The notes beneath the pieces were generated by a model. It saw only the letters and a list, made by a program, of their open reading frames with translations. It searched no databases and was not told the DNA's origin. The position numbers and the translations under genes are program-made. Positions 12,800 through 26,075 of a stretch of DNA of 64,000 nt are shown piece after piece (position 1 is the stretch's first letter; the number at the start of each line of letters is the position of its first letter). This DNA is from Camelus ferus (Eukaryota), in contig NC_045697.1 in NCBI RefSeq assembly GCF_009834535.1, positions 74,712,001 through 74,776,000 of the forward strand. Direction: 5' to 3'.

Positions 12800-15600
12800 T
12801 AAACAACTTCATTAATATTTAAGAAATTTTCATTCAAACCATAAGAGTATTTACACCTGTGAAACAGTAAAAATTAAGAATGTAATGTTAGGTGGTTGTC
12901 GAGAAATAGAATGCAAACTGGTACAATCACTTTGAAAAACAGTGTGATACTATTTTGCTGGTCCATTCCTGCAGAAACTCCTACACACATACACAAGCAG
13001 AAACATCAAAAAAATATCAAAGTGGTATTGTTCCTATTGTCTCCCAACTGGAAACAACTTAAATGACCAAAGACAGGTGAATAGCTAAATAAAGTGTGGT
13101 ACCTGCATCTGATGAAAGAGCATAAAGGATGGAAAATAAGCTAACTATAACAACATTTAACAGCATAGATGAATCCTAGAAATATAACATTAAGTATAAA
13201 ATAAGTCACAAAACTTACACTAATATCCAGAAAATTTAAAAACAAGAAAAGCTAAATAGTAAATAATTCAGGAATACTTACATATGAGGTAAGAATATAT
13301 TCAAAACCTAAAGGAATTAAAAAAAAAAAAACACTTGAAGATAGGGTTACTACTATATGAAAAGCAGGGGTGAGATTAGGGAAAACCCATAAGCTTCAAA
13401 AATCTTGAGTAATATCCTAGTTCTTAATTGATGGGTTAAATGGGTGTTCATATTATTATTATGTTTCATAATTTCCACAGTCTATATCTCTATTTATATG
13501 TATGTGCTAAATATTTTATAAAATTTTTAAAAATTCAATTTTAAAAACATTTTAAATACAATAAATTGATTTTCAACAAAGGAATTTCAACAACAAGGAA
13601 TTCAGTAGGAAAAGGACAGTATTTTTAGCAAATAGTACTGGAACAAGATACCTATATGGGAAAAAAACTCAAATCCTACTACTACATTCACAAAAATTTG
13701 AGATGGATTATAGACCTAATTGTAAAAGCTAAAACTCTAAATCTTCTTTTAAAAAAAGAGAACATTTTTGCAGTCTTAGGATAGGGAAAGATTTCTCAGG
13801 AAGTATTAAAAAAGCCATAAAAGATGAACCTTATAAAGTGGATTTCATCAAAATTAAAAACATTGCCCATCAAAAGTCACCTTTGAGAACATAAAAATCC
13901 AAGCCAAAATTAAGGAAAATATTATTTACACCTATATATGTGACATTTTATTAAATACATGTATAACATGTATATGTATGTTTGTATACATGATAACAGA
14001 CTTATATTCAGAATACACAAAGATGTCTACAACACAGTAATAAAAAGAAAAACAAGTCAATACAAAAATAAGTAAAACCCTGAGACAAATATTTTCACAA
14101 AGGAGGAATACAAATAGACAATAAGCACATGAAAAAGTTCTCAACATCATTAATCATCAGGGAAGTGGAAGTTAAAACCACAACAACGTACTATTTCACA
14201 CCTATCAGAATGGCTAAAATTTGAATGACTGGCAATACCAAGTATTGAGAAAAATGTGGAACTGGAGCTGATACACTGCTGCTGATGACACAAGAACTTT
14301 GAAAAACTGGAAAACTGTTCTAAAGTTAAAAATACCCCTAGCTTATGACTCAGAAATTCCTTTCCTACTAGGTACCTACCTAAGCAAAATTAAAATGTTT
14401 GTCTATAAAAATACTTGTATGAGAATGTTTGTAACTGTTCTACTCATAACAGCCCAATCTGGAAGCAATGGAAACTACACAAAAGTGAATTGATAAACAA
14501 ATTATGGCATGTTCAACCAACGGAATGCTATTCAAAATGACAAAAAAAGGAACAAACATACCAAAATATGGATGTATGTCAAAAATATTATGTTGATGGA
14601 AGAAGTGGACACAGAAGAGTTCATATTCTAAGGCTGTATTTAAATGTAGGTCCAGAACTATAGTTCTAAAGTGATAAAAAATGAGAATGTAGTGCCTTGG
14701 GCTGGGGGATGGACTGGACAGGGAAACAGGAACTTTTTGGAATGGTGCAAATGTTCCATGTCTTGATTGGTGTGGTGGTTGTCACATGTTTGTCTACGTG
14801 TATCAAAACTCGTCAAACTTGGCATTTAAAATCAATGCAGTTTAATATATGCAAATTTTATTTCATAAATAAGGGAAACAAAATAAAGAGAATATGAAAA
14901 AAGAATAATTTAAAAAATGAATGCTTGTAAATTAAATACATGACATGATTAAATACATTAAATAAATTAGATAGAAGTGATGGAAAATAAAGCTGAGACA
15001 ATTGCTTAGAACATGGAGCAAAATGGCAAAGAGATTAAAAAAAAAAAGATAACAGACTTAGTGAATCAAGCCAAGAATTCAACAATCACCTTACAGGCTA
15101 TCCAAAAAACAGAGAACAGAAGAAAATAAAGGAGAATAAATTGTCAAAGATGGAGTAGGAGAAAATTCGCCACAATTGAAGGGAAATATGTACCTTCAAA
15201 TTTAAAAGGCTTCTAATTTCAAGGAGAATAAATGAGAAAAAAAAAAAACACACTGAGAAATTTAAAACAAAAAACCCACGCTAGCTCCTTTGAATGAGTT
15301 TGTTGTAAGGAGAATAAACTCACACCAAGACATGTCATCACAAATTTTCAAGCATCAAACATAACTAAAAAATTTAATCATTTCAGAGAGAAAACAAATA
15401 GTTCAGGTATTAAATGAAGATCAGACTGGCATTCTCATGTTTTCATGAACAGCAATGGACATTAGAAGATGGTGAAGCCCTGAAAGATATGAAGAAACAT
15501 TATTTTGTTTCTCAGCCAAACTATCAACCACAATAGCAAAATAATATTTATAGCCATGCAAACATTAAAAACAAACCCCTATTTATACACCTGTTATGAG
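12800..15600 (+). mobile_element. Cluster of old L1 fragments (ORF2 3' part/3' UTR about 13560-14880; ORF1-like remnant about 14950-15600)
   Basis: Motifs such as CTCAACATCATTAATCATCAGGGAA, GTTAAAACCACAA and TATGACTCAGAAATTCC. No intact ORF; boundaries approximate. Confidence 0.7.
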
Positions 15601-17647
15601 TAAGTTTCTTTAGGATGTATACAGCTAAAATAGAGGAGAAAACCAAATAATGAAAGATATGGGGTTAAGAAACAATGCATCTTACTCAAGAATTCAATGA
15701 ATATAATCCAGTACGGAAGCTGTACAAAAGAACTAGAAAGCAATCTGTTCAAACCAAACAAAGTAATTGGGTTCTAATGTGAATGTCTTCAAACAGAGAA
15801 ATGGAATGGAAGCTTCTCATACAAAGAATGAGAGGACATGGTAAACAGAGCACATGCATTTTTTCCATCAAAGAAAGTAAAAAGTCCTTGTGAAAGAGAG
15901 GAGGGTCAAAAATATATGAAGTATATAATCCAAACAGTAAAGCACATGTAACTATGGCATAATTTTTGATATTGGAGAGGAAGAAAGAAGAATCAATTTG
16001 ACATTAATATTACAGTCTTCTCCTTAGTGTGGCATAGGGGTCATGAAATTAAAACATTGGGAAGGAAATGTATCACAGCATACTTCTTGGCTCTGCACTG
16101 AAGAATATTTACAAAGCCATAATATTGTAACATTTTACTGGTTTTTACAGCATATAAGGCAAGCAAACCACCTCCCCCCCAACTGCAGTTAAGAAATACA
16201 GTGTAACTACTATTAACCTTGACAATGTATAAGCAAAGTTCCATCTAAGGGAAGGTGGGAGAGGATGTAGTTTCTACAGTGGTAAAGGAAAAAGGTAGAG
16301 TCCCAACTTTCCTCATTTTATCAAATAAGGAGCCATATATATGTATTTTCAAAAGTTGATGTGAAAAAATCGTTTACATATATTACTTAGAATTATAAAA
16401 CTAACCAATATGAAAACTAAAAATTGTGATAACCATTAAAAAATTTGGAGACAAGAGGCTATGGATGGTGTAGGCTATCTTAAGTAGTCAATTAAAAAAA
16501 AAAAAGAATTAGCAGTTTAACTTCTTATTCAACATACAGTTCTAAAACTAAAAAGGTTAAAAGTGGTTATCTCCGAAGTAACAGGACTGAGGATAGGAAG
16601 GAAGACACTGAACTGTTGCACTTTATTGTGTGATCCTTCTAGACCACCCTATTTGATCTTCAATTAGATGCCTCTATTACTTAGACAACTAAAAACCAAA
16701 TAACCAAATAAAGAAAATGCAAATAATTCAAAAATATAAAACACAAGTTAGCATAAAACATTTCATCACTGTTCTGCTTCAAATACCTCTTAGATGGATG
16801 TACACAAAAAGGTTCACATGCAACAAATACACACACACACAGATTTGATCACACTTGGTGAGTGGAAGAAAGCTAATGAAAAAAACAGCTGAGGTAAGAT
16901 ATTAGTTGAGGAAAAGCAACTAAGCAGATGGTTTTGAAAATTCAGTCACTCAACAAGCATCTTGAAGCTCGTATTTTAAGTTAGGTGTTTTTCCACTTTG
17001 GGGCCAATCACATTGAACAATATCCACCCTCAAAGAACTTGAAGTGGAAATGCTTCAAATGAGGGACAAAAAGGTCAAAAATAGGGCAAAAGATGCTTAT
17101 TTCATTATGAAGAAAACAGTTTACACATTTCTTCAATGGGCTAATATACCAGTTCATCAGTTTTACTTACTTTCCCTCAAAAAGTTGTCCTTTCCCAAAT
17201 AAAGAGACAAGGGGCCTTGAAAAGCAACCACTAACAATTCTAAAATAATTTCCTTCCACTTTTTTACATTCTTCCACTGCACAAGGGAATGTCACATCTC
17301 AACAACTGACTTAACTTTTGAAAATCAGAAACAAACCAAAGCAAGAGTTCGAATCTACGTTGAGTAATGGAGAGCCGATTCCACATTCTCTAAAGCTCCT
17401 CTTTCAACCTTCCTTTTAAACAGACAGTGCTTACTTCCGAAGAGCTGCCTACAGTTTCCAAAGCACTCATCTGTGTACAAGGAAGGCGGGCTGTAGGGAG
17501 GGATGGAGACGGTACTCAGCAGCCTGCATCAGCACTGGTTGGCTCTATCACTCAAGGCGGAAGCGCTGGGCCGCTCTCTGCACCTGACCTTCCTCTACCT
17601 CCCACCAGCCCCACCCACTACGACACAAAACTGGGGAACCCAAATAC

Positions 17648-17930
17648 CTGCCTCTGGGTCTGGGGACGCAGGCGGACACAAAGACAAGGGGATGGAGCTT
17701 CTACCCAAGGCCCCAGCGCTGTCGCTGTGGCTCGTGTTGCCGCTACTGCTTAGTGCACCAGGGCCTGCATTTCAGCTGCTTCTACAAAAGGGGCCGCTCC
17801 GGGAGCGCTGGGTGCTCGGAGATCGCCCTTTGCCCGCGAGCTAAGTCGGCCGGAGTTGCCAGCTCGGAATCAGGCCAGCAGCGCGAGCCCGGCGCTCTTC
17901 ACTGACAGCTCCCAGCTACCCCCGCTCGCT
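17648..17930 (-). other. TBCK: Putative TBCK non-coding exon 1 (5' end approximate)
   Basis: Minus-strand donor GGCAG|GTATTT (GT at 17647-17646) at the edge of the CpG island. Other candidate donors lie near 17435 and 18233. Confidence 0.55.
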
Positions 17931-18189
17931 CTGCTCGGCCTGGCCGTTTCCTCTGACCTCACAGCCTCCGCGACGGAACTGTAAGGAAAGACCCCGAGGT
18001 CTGGCGTCTTGCCCTTTGCCCAAACTGGCGACAAAATGCAGCGACAGAAGAAGAGATGCAGAAGGGTTGGCGTTATTGGCTGAGGGAATGGACGACGGGG
18101 AGGATAGTGTGGTTGCGCACAGGAAAAGGACCACAGAATTTGGAGTTAAATCTGTGGAACGCTCCGGCATTTAGCGGGGACACCCCATT

Positions 18190-18278
18190 AGGTCCTTTCT
18201 CACTGCCGTCGTGAGCAGGAGGCTGTCTCTACCTGCTCCGGGCAGGGGCTGCTGAAGTCCCCACGGCCACCGATTCAT
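18190..18278 (+). other. AIMP1: Putative AIMP1 exon 1 (5' end approximate)
   Basis: Strong donor CGATTCAT|GTGAGT (GT at 18279-18280). The end resembles the recalled human AIMP1 5' UTR (...CGCTTCAT|GATTTTCTGCCG). Confidence 0.75.
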
Positions 18279-18534
18279 GTGAGTGATGTCCTCAGAGGGT
18301 CGTGGGGTAGGCGGATTGCAATCGTAGGGGTCCCCTTTCCTATGCTTGCCTTGGGAAGTAGGACCTGGCTTGCGGGTACTAGTGGGAAGTCTGCTCACAC
18401 GAGCACGGATCTTGGCACGAGGAAGTAGAGAAGACCTTGGGACCTTTTAAAGGAGCCAAATTTGAGAAATGGGGTGCGGGGCCGAGGCAAAGGATGTTAA
18501 GGGAAAAGATACACACAGGCATGTTTACTTGCGC

Positions 18535-18796
18535 GAGAGAGATGGAGAAAGAGAGAGAGAGGGAGAGAGAACACGAACTGAGGGCAGTGTGTGTGTGTGA
18601 GAGAGAGAGAACTGAGGGCGGTGTGTTTGTGTGTGTGAGGGGAGGAGAGAGAGAATTGGGGGCGGTGAGAGGAAGAGAGAGAGAACTGGGGCGGTGTGTG
18701 TGAAAGAGAACTGGGGCAGTGAGAGAGAGGGAGGGAGAGAGAAAGAAATGAGGACAGTGTGTGTGAGAGAGAGAGGGAGAGAGAACTGGGGCGGTG
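18535..18796 (+). repeat. Compound GA/GT minisatellite with 7 copies of GAACTG(A/G)GGGC(A/G)GTG
   Basis: Cores at 18575, 18609, 18653, 18683, 18708, 18745 and 18783, separated by (GT)n/(GA)n spacers. Confidence 0.9.
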
Positions 18797-18802
18797 ACAG
18801 GA

Positions 18803-19500
18803 TTTCATTCATTCCATAAGTAGTTATTAAGCTTCCACCATATGTTCCAAGCACTATTTTAGGCATTGGTAAAAAGCAATGAACAAAACAAGGACAAAAA
18901 CAGGACAAAACAAGACAAAAATTCCTGTCTCTGTAGTTCACATTTTATTGAGGAAGACGCATTCTAAACAAAGTTAAGAAAAATAGAGCACATCTTAGGT
19001 CGTAATGAGTGCTGAAAGGAAAGCAGGGAAGGAGGATATAAGTTGAAATTTTAGTGTGGCCAGGAACGGTTTCAGTGAAAAGATGACTTGAGTAAAGACC
19101 TGGCAGAAGCAGGAGAATTAAAGGGAAGTGCAGTCAGGCAGAGGGACCAGACATTGCAAAGGCAATGAAGTAGTAAGTTTTCTGAACAGCAAGGAAACAA
19201 CAAGGAAGTCTATAGATCAGAGCTGAGTGAAGGGGTAAGAACTGGAGAATCAGAGAGCAGGAACTGGCTATGGAGGATCTTGAGGGCATCTAAGCCTTTG
19301 GTGTGTTTTGAGCAGTGGGGTGGTATAATCTGACTTCCTAGTTTAAAAGATCTCTCTGGCTGCTCTCAAGAATAAACTGAAGGGAATAGGGTGGAAGAAA
19401 GACCAGTTAGGAGGCTTTTATGGAATTCCAGAGGACACACGATGGTGGCTTGACTAGGGGTGGTAGGAAATGGCCAGTCAGATTCTTAGTGCTCTCAATT
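18803..19500 (-). mobile_element. L2 fragment
   Basis: TTCATTCATTC tail followed by ATGTTCCAAGCACTATTTTAGGCATTGG and a purine-rich L2 antisense body. Confidence 0.75.
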
Positions 19501-20091
19501 TAGATATACAAGAATATTAAAGGATGGTGAGTTAATTTTCTTTAATTAGGTTTTGGAAAGACTAAAAATGACTTGTAGTGTGAGTTTTGGACTGACAAAC
19601 ACAAGTTAAAACCATAGCTTTACCATTTAATATTCATATGGACTTAGACAACTCCTATAACTTCTCTGAGTTTATCTATAAACTGGAAATGTTGGTTGTA
19701 AAGATTAAATGACAATGTATGTAATGTGCCTGGCACATTAAAGTAGTGGCTACTGTTGTTAACTGTGTGCTTGGATAAGACATGGGAGAGAGATAGTGGT
19801 GAGTCATCTGTGGATGGATAGGTTTGGTTAAATCCTATTGAAGAAAATCTGAGCCAGGTAAAAGATGACCTTGTTTGGTAAGAGGGTCATGGGAGACCTG
19901 GACATGACCCTGTAAACATTTTATGTATATATCACTGGACAAAAAGTTTTTTTGTGTTAATGGCCGTAGTGTCTGGAATACATGTTTTCTCATTGCCATC
20001 CCTTAAACCCTCTATGATCCCCAGTGTCCTCATAGTAAAGGAGAGAAAGGCTCCCTGCTGAGTAAAAAAATAATAATAATAATCAATAATA

Positions 20092-20392
20092 AATACAAAT
20101 TTCCAGTTGTAAAATGAGTCAGTCATGGGGATATAATGTACAGTATGATGACTATAGTAATAATACTGTATTGCATATTAGAAAATAGCTAGGAGAGTAG
20201 ATCTTGAAGGTTTTTACCACAGGAAGAACATTTTGTAACTCTGTATGGAGAAGGATGTTAACTGGACTGTTGTAGTGATCATCTTGCAATGTGTACAAAT
20301 ATTGCATCATTATGTTGTACATCTGAAACTAATTTATCTTGTCAATTATACCTCAATAAAAAAACTTAAAATTTTTTAAAAATTAAAAGAAA
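20092..20392 (+). mobile_element. L1MA-type 3' end
   Basis: GGATATAATGTACAGTATGATGACTATAGTAATAATACTGTATTG...TCAATTATACCTCAATAAAAAAA. Confidence 0.8.
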
Positions 20393-23300
20393 AAGTCACA
20401 CAATTAATGAGTGACAGAACTGGAATTTGAATGCCTTCCATGAGCAGAAGCTTTAAAAAAAAAAAAGAATGAAGTGAACTTTTACACAAAAGCATAGTTT
20501 TAGATCTGTCTATATTTTGACAAAGATTACTGAAAGACACCTGGAGTTATTGCTGGTTGCCACTGCTGTATATTTTTTGAGAGTCTCTAGGATGTATTGT
20601 TCTCAAAATATTTAATTTTATTGTTAACCTTTCTTAAAAATTCTGACTTGACACATTTTAAATCCTAGCAGGAGTTTTAACCTAGTGCTACATTGTGTAG
20701 AACTGTAATAAAGATGTCCTTAGAATAGGGTAATTTGGCAATTAGATTACAAAACCAATGGAGGAAAGAAGTTTCGAAGGTAAAAATAGGGATGATATAG
20801 AAAAAGAGAGGGAAAACATGATTAAAAGAACTACAGTTTATCAGTTCTTGTATGCATGGGTTTCTCATAGTTACAACTCTGAAATGGTGGGGTATTCTAT
20901 AACTGTTGATGTTTTAAAATCACTACAGACTGAGTAGCAGTTGTGACATAATAGTCAGTGCCCACACTTAAGCAAACTTGGTCGTAAGTGATAACATTGT
21001 CATCAGTTGAGTTATGTGTACTGTTGGTACATAGTTGTTGAGTTTAGTCTCTATTTTAAGTATCCTTTGAAAGACATTTAGCATTGAAATTACAAGTTTT
21101 TGTGTATGCAGAAGTACATCGAAACACAAGAGTGATAAAAGATTAAAATAGAGCTAAATTTAAAAGAGGCATTTCAATACATAATACAGGATGTGACTAA
21201 GTGTAAGATAGTTTGGGTCACTTAAATTAGCCATAGTTTTTTTCTTAATGATATGTAAAATAATACAGCATCTTATGACCAGAGCTGTTTTACAATTGAT
21301 AGCATCTTAGATTTGATGAAATGCAGTACTTAGAGTGTCTAAGAAGAATATAAATTTTTATCTAATTGCAATTCTGAAACAGTAAATTCAGATATTTTGG
21401 GAGTAGAGAAATAATTCCATATTTTTTATAGAGGTCTCTATACTGTAACGGAAAAAATGAAAATTTGCACTTAAGACTTCCATTTCAAAGCAATAGTTTT
21501 ATAAGTATTTGGTTCCTAACATTGAGAGCCTAGGGTAGGGGACTTGTTAGTTAAAGAAATTACTGGCAATTTAAAATCAGAGTAGGGAAGACTACTGAGG
21601 AGATTGCTGAGGTAATGGGAAGCCATTTAGAAATGATAGGAATCTCAGAAGTAATCTTTTATGTGTATGTTTCAGTGATTAAGATATAGTCTAAATGCAT
21701 GTATGTGGTAAAATCAGCATCACATGATTCTATGATTAGAGGCATCTTATTGTGGCTTTTAGGTTTGATGAAATATGGTGATTATGTTGAAAAGAACAAA
21801 ATTAATGTGGAAGAGCAGAATATTTTAGGTAATACTTCTCAAAAGCTTTTTATCCTAAAAAAGGTTTAATTTATCATTTTTTTAATTTAGTAGAAGAAAA
21901 AAAAGTCTTGACTCTGACTATCCACAGTTTAACATACTCAGTGTACCTTTTTTCTATCTATAAATGTTTTGTATTTGTAATTACCATGCATACAATGAAA
22001 TATTTTATCTGTTTTAACTGCACAATCTTTTTTTTTTTCTAATTTTGACACAGACTAAGCCAACATTCTCAAACTGTTTTAGAAAATATTAGTTCCATTA
22101 AATGTTAATAGGTATTCCTTTATTAGGATTTTGTGGCTAAATACTTTGGGAAATGCTTCATAATTATATCCTTTACAGAGATTATAGCTTGGGCATTAAA
22201 AGAAGGAAGTCCAGAATCAGACAGACCTAAGTTTCAATCATTTACTAGCTAGCCATATGACCTTAGGCAAATTAATTTTAATTCTCAAGTTTTCTTCTCT
22301 GTAATGGAGATAATTACAGTATTCATAGATGATCTATGTAAAGCATTTAGTCAGCTCATAATAAATGCTCTCCAAATGTTGCCTGTTATTATTGTTAACA
22401 TTATCATCTGTGAGAAACTCTATGTATATTAGCAAATTAAAAGCTCTGAGAAGACTAAGGAATCTTAAAGTTTTGAAATTTGGCAGATAACTCAATGTAA
22501 AATTGAAAATCACTGTGGAGTAGTTGGCACACAGTAATGAAATGAGCTCTGGGTTGAATGGTAAAATATTTGTCTGAGCTTTAAGCAACAATGTTGTTAA
22601 AATAGCACTATTGTCCTAAACATAACCTCTTTAAAAAATATTTTTCCAGTTTTCTGTTTCCCTCATTTGTCAAAAGCTAATACAAACAACATGTTTAATT
22701 TTGCTCTCTACTATAAACCTGGTACATGGACCAAAATCAGGGACCATAAGTAAAATTGGGAACATAAACTTAAGTTTATAGGACCCTGACAGGTGACATA
22801 AATGGACTTACAAGGAATGGTGATGTCTGTTTTGCTTTGCATGCACATTCCGTTGTTGCAAATACTGTAAACTCTGGAACACAAAGACCCCCCTGATCTG
22901 TGTGGTGACAGTTTATAATCCCTAAAAGAGACTAGAGTTCAGGACCAACCCTCAAGAACATTGACATTAAAGGGAAAAGTCAAGAAAAAGAAGCCCTAAA
23001 AGATGATGCCAAGAAAGTAGGAAGTGAAATCAGGTGAAAATATCTTTATTTTATAAGTAAGAAAATGAAGCATAGAGAAGTAAAGTAACTTTACCAAGGT
23101 CACACAGCCTAGGAATGTGATTCAACCAAGATTTTTTTGGCTGTTAGTACTTTTTAAAAAAACTATGCTCTTCTGCCAGTGCTGTCAATCATCTGTGTAT
23201 TAGAAGAAAACATTGACATGAACTTATGCATTCTAGTTATATTTTTAGAAAGTTTAAATGACAGTTAATTAACAAGTACTAGAAAACCTGTTTCCAGAGC

Positions 23301-24448
23301 TTCTAATTCTAAGAACAATAAATAGTTCTTGGCATTTGAGAAAGTTTTTGTCAACACATAGACCCAATTAGAAGTTAATCCAGAGTATCTCATAAGACAT
23401 ATTATAATATTGGCACATGAATAATATTGCCAAGAAAATGATTATCTAGGAATAGAGAAAAAGTAGACACTTGTTAATAGCTGGTATGTTTTCTAGTCAT
23501 TCCTAAGATTTGCTTTGCCAGAAAACTTAATTATTGCCAGAGAAATGATTGTATTAGCAAAAGATATTTGCTTTCCTCTTTTAATGAGGCTTCCTTTGTA
23601 GTGGAATTGTCATTGATATTGTGGTAGGTAAAATAGTTAAAAGTAACCTAATACATCATTATGTGATAAGTATTATGAGTGATGATTTATGGAAACTTGG
23701 AATATTATTAATTATTAAGTAACCAACTGAAGACTTTATTTATAAGTAATTAGAATGCAGAGCATTTCTAAGTTTCAAATTCACATGATCTTGAGTTTGT
23801 GGTTAAGTGACTTTTTTTAACAGATTAATTTTAAGATAGTAGTTTTAGGTTCACAGCAACACTGAGCAGAAAACATTCAGTGAATTTTTCTTTTTTCTCT
23901 TAAACCAGAACAATTTACATCATTCTCATAAAGCAATTTTTTCTTGATATTCTTGGCTAGTTGTGTGCCTCTGATAAAATGGTATGTACACTCCATTCTG
24001 GATTGCTTTGTCTTCTGAGCTAGAGCTGAGAACTGTTATACGAGTCCTCAGAAATTTAGAATTAATGTAAATATATTAATATCACCCCCATGGACTGTAT
24101 ACTATTATATACCATAGTAAAAGAAATTAGTGTTTGGCTTAGCCAAATTATCTAAGTATATTTTTAACATCAATATCTATAATTTGTATTTTTATTATTT
24201 ATTATATTTTTCACTCTTAAGAAATCATAAAAATCATTCCTAAGGATATAGAAAATATCTTGCCATTATGTAACCCACTATACTGTGAGCTTCTTGAAGG
24301 TTAGAATTATGTATATCCTGGTTTTTTGTTGTTGTTGTTCTCCCAATTTTGTTCGGTACTTGACATATAGTAAGTTAGATATGTACGAAAAATCTTGCCA
24401 AGTATTATTTATGGTATCTCATTTTGCCCTATGTAAACTCTGAGATAT

Positions 24449-25066
24449 TGTTACTGAACCAGGTCTATTTGCCCAGTGAGTAGCAAGCCAAAGGCTGAGG
24501 TGACAAGGTTTATAGCCAAGAAGGAGTTTATTCACAAGATAGCCAAGCCGGAAGAGGGGAGAATAAGTCTCAGATTTGCCTCCCTCAAGGCAAGAGGGTT
24601 GGGATGTTTATGGGATAAGCAGGGTGGTCTTAGGCATGGGGATGGGGAAAGCTGATTGGAGGTAGGGATAAAGGTTAGGCAATCAGTGTTCTGTGCAGGC
24701 TTATCTGGGTTACGTTTCAGCATATTGAAAATGAAGGCACTTAACATGATCCAAGGGTGGAGTTTGTCAGCCCTCTGATTTCTAGACACCATTCTTCAGA
24801 CACCTGTGCAGGCCCAGTTTTAGGGTTGGTGGGTCCCACTGAGCTGACTCCAAGATTCTGTAAAACAACTGGGCTGTGTGAAGTGGGAAGGATATGCAGT
24901 TAAAGAGAGAAAAAGAAAAAAATAACTAAAGTGAGTATAGTCAATGAAAGCAGTTTATAAGCAAAGGAGTTTTAACAAGCTGTTCCCTTATCTGCTGTTC
25001 TGTAAGACAAGCTCAAGAATTTCTTTTAGTTATCAACTTCCTTTAACTCTATGGGGCACAGTTTCA
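24449..25066 (-). mobile_element. ERV1-class solo LTR, 618 bp
   Basis: TG...CA termini with an exact 4-bp TSD ATAT (24445-24448, 25067-25070). Minus-strand AATAAA near 24527. Confidence 0.8.
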
Positions 25067-25092
25067 ATATATAAAATTATCTCCATTTTGTA

Positions 25093-26075
25093 TGGATTAA
25101 AGACCTATATGTAAGACCAGATACTATAAAACTCCTAGAGGAAAACATAGGCAGAACAATCTCAGACATAAATCACAGCAATGTATTTTTTGGACCAGCT
25201 CCTGGAGTAATGGCAATAAAAGCAAAAGTAAACAAATGGGATCTAATTAAACTTAAAAGCTTTTGCACAACTAAGGATACCATCAACAAAATGAAAAGAC
25301 AACCTACAGAATGGGAGAAAATATTTGTAAATGATGCGACTGACAAGGGACTAATTTCCAAAATATGCAAACAGCTCATACACCTTAATACCAAAAAAAA
25401 CCAAGCAACCCAATCCAAAAATGGGCAGAAGACCTAAACAAGCAGTTCTCTAATGAAGACATACAAATGACCAATAGACACATGAAAAAATGTTCAGCAT
25501 TGCTAATTGTCAGAGAAATGCAGATCAAAACTACAATGAGATATCACTTCACACCAGCCAGAATGGCTATCATTAAAAAGTCTACAATTGATAGATGCTG
25601 GAGAGGGTGTGGAGAAAAGGAAACCCTCATTCCCTGTTGGTGGGAGTGTAGATTGGTACAGCCACTATGGAGGACAGTATGGAGGTTCCTTAAAAAACAA
25701 AAAATAGACTTACCATATGATCCAGCAATCCCACTCCTGGGCATATATACCTGGAGGAAAATAAAGTTCAAAAAGACACGCGCACCCCAGTGTTCATAAC
25801 AGCACTGTTTACGATAGCCAAGACATTGAAACATCCCAAATGTCCATCAACAGATGACTGAAAATGTCCATCAACAGATGACGGATAAAGAAGATGTGGT
25901 ACATATATACAATGGAGTACTACTCAGCCATAAAAAAGAATAAAACAATGCCATTTGCAGCAACATGAATGGACCTGGAGATCGTCATTCTAAGTGAAGT
26001 GGGCTGGAAAGAGAAAGAAAAATGCCATATGATATCACTTATATGTGGAATCTTAAAAAGGACACAAATGAACTA
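25093..26075 (+). mobile_element. L1 fragment (ORF2 C-terminus plus start of 3' UTR)
   Basis: ORFs 25210-25437 and 25467-25799 are L1 ORF2p pieces ([45 protein letters not shown]) broken by frameshifts. Confidence 0.93.

Larger units (their letters stand above)
17500..18540. promoter_or_regulatory. CpG island / bidirectional promoter of TBCK and AIMP1
   Basis: The only GC- and CpG-dense stretch in the window, lying between the divergent first coding exons. ETS-like GGCGGAAG near 17557. Confidence 0.9.

Noticed and set aside
18575..18796. CRISPR-like repeat-spacer appearance
   Set aside because: Mammalian context, short degenerate repeats, microsatellite spacers and no cas genes.
17427..18941. 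Many overlapping 60-138 aa ORFs
   Set aside because: Expected from stop-codon scarcity in a CpG island and GA/GT repeat; no known protein similarity recognised.
25173..25834. ORFs resembling a retroelement gene (also 33684-33887 and 46349-47322)
   Set aside because: Frameshifted L1 fragments or their antisense frames; not intact genes.
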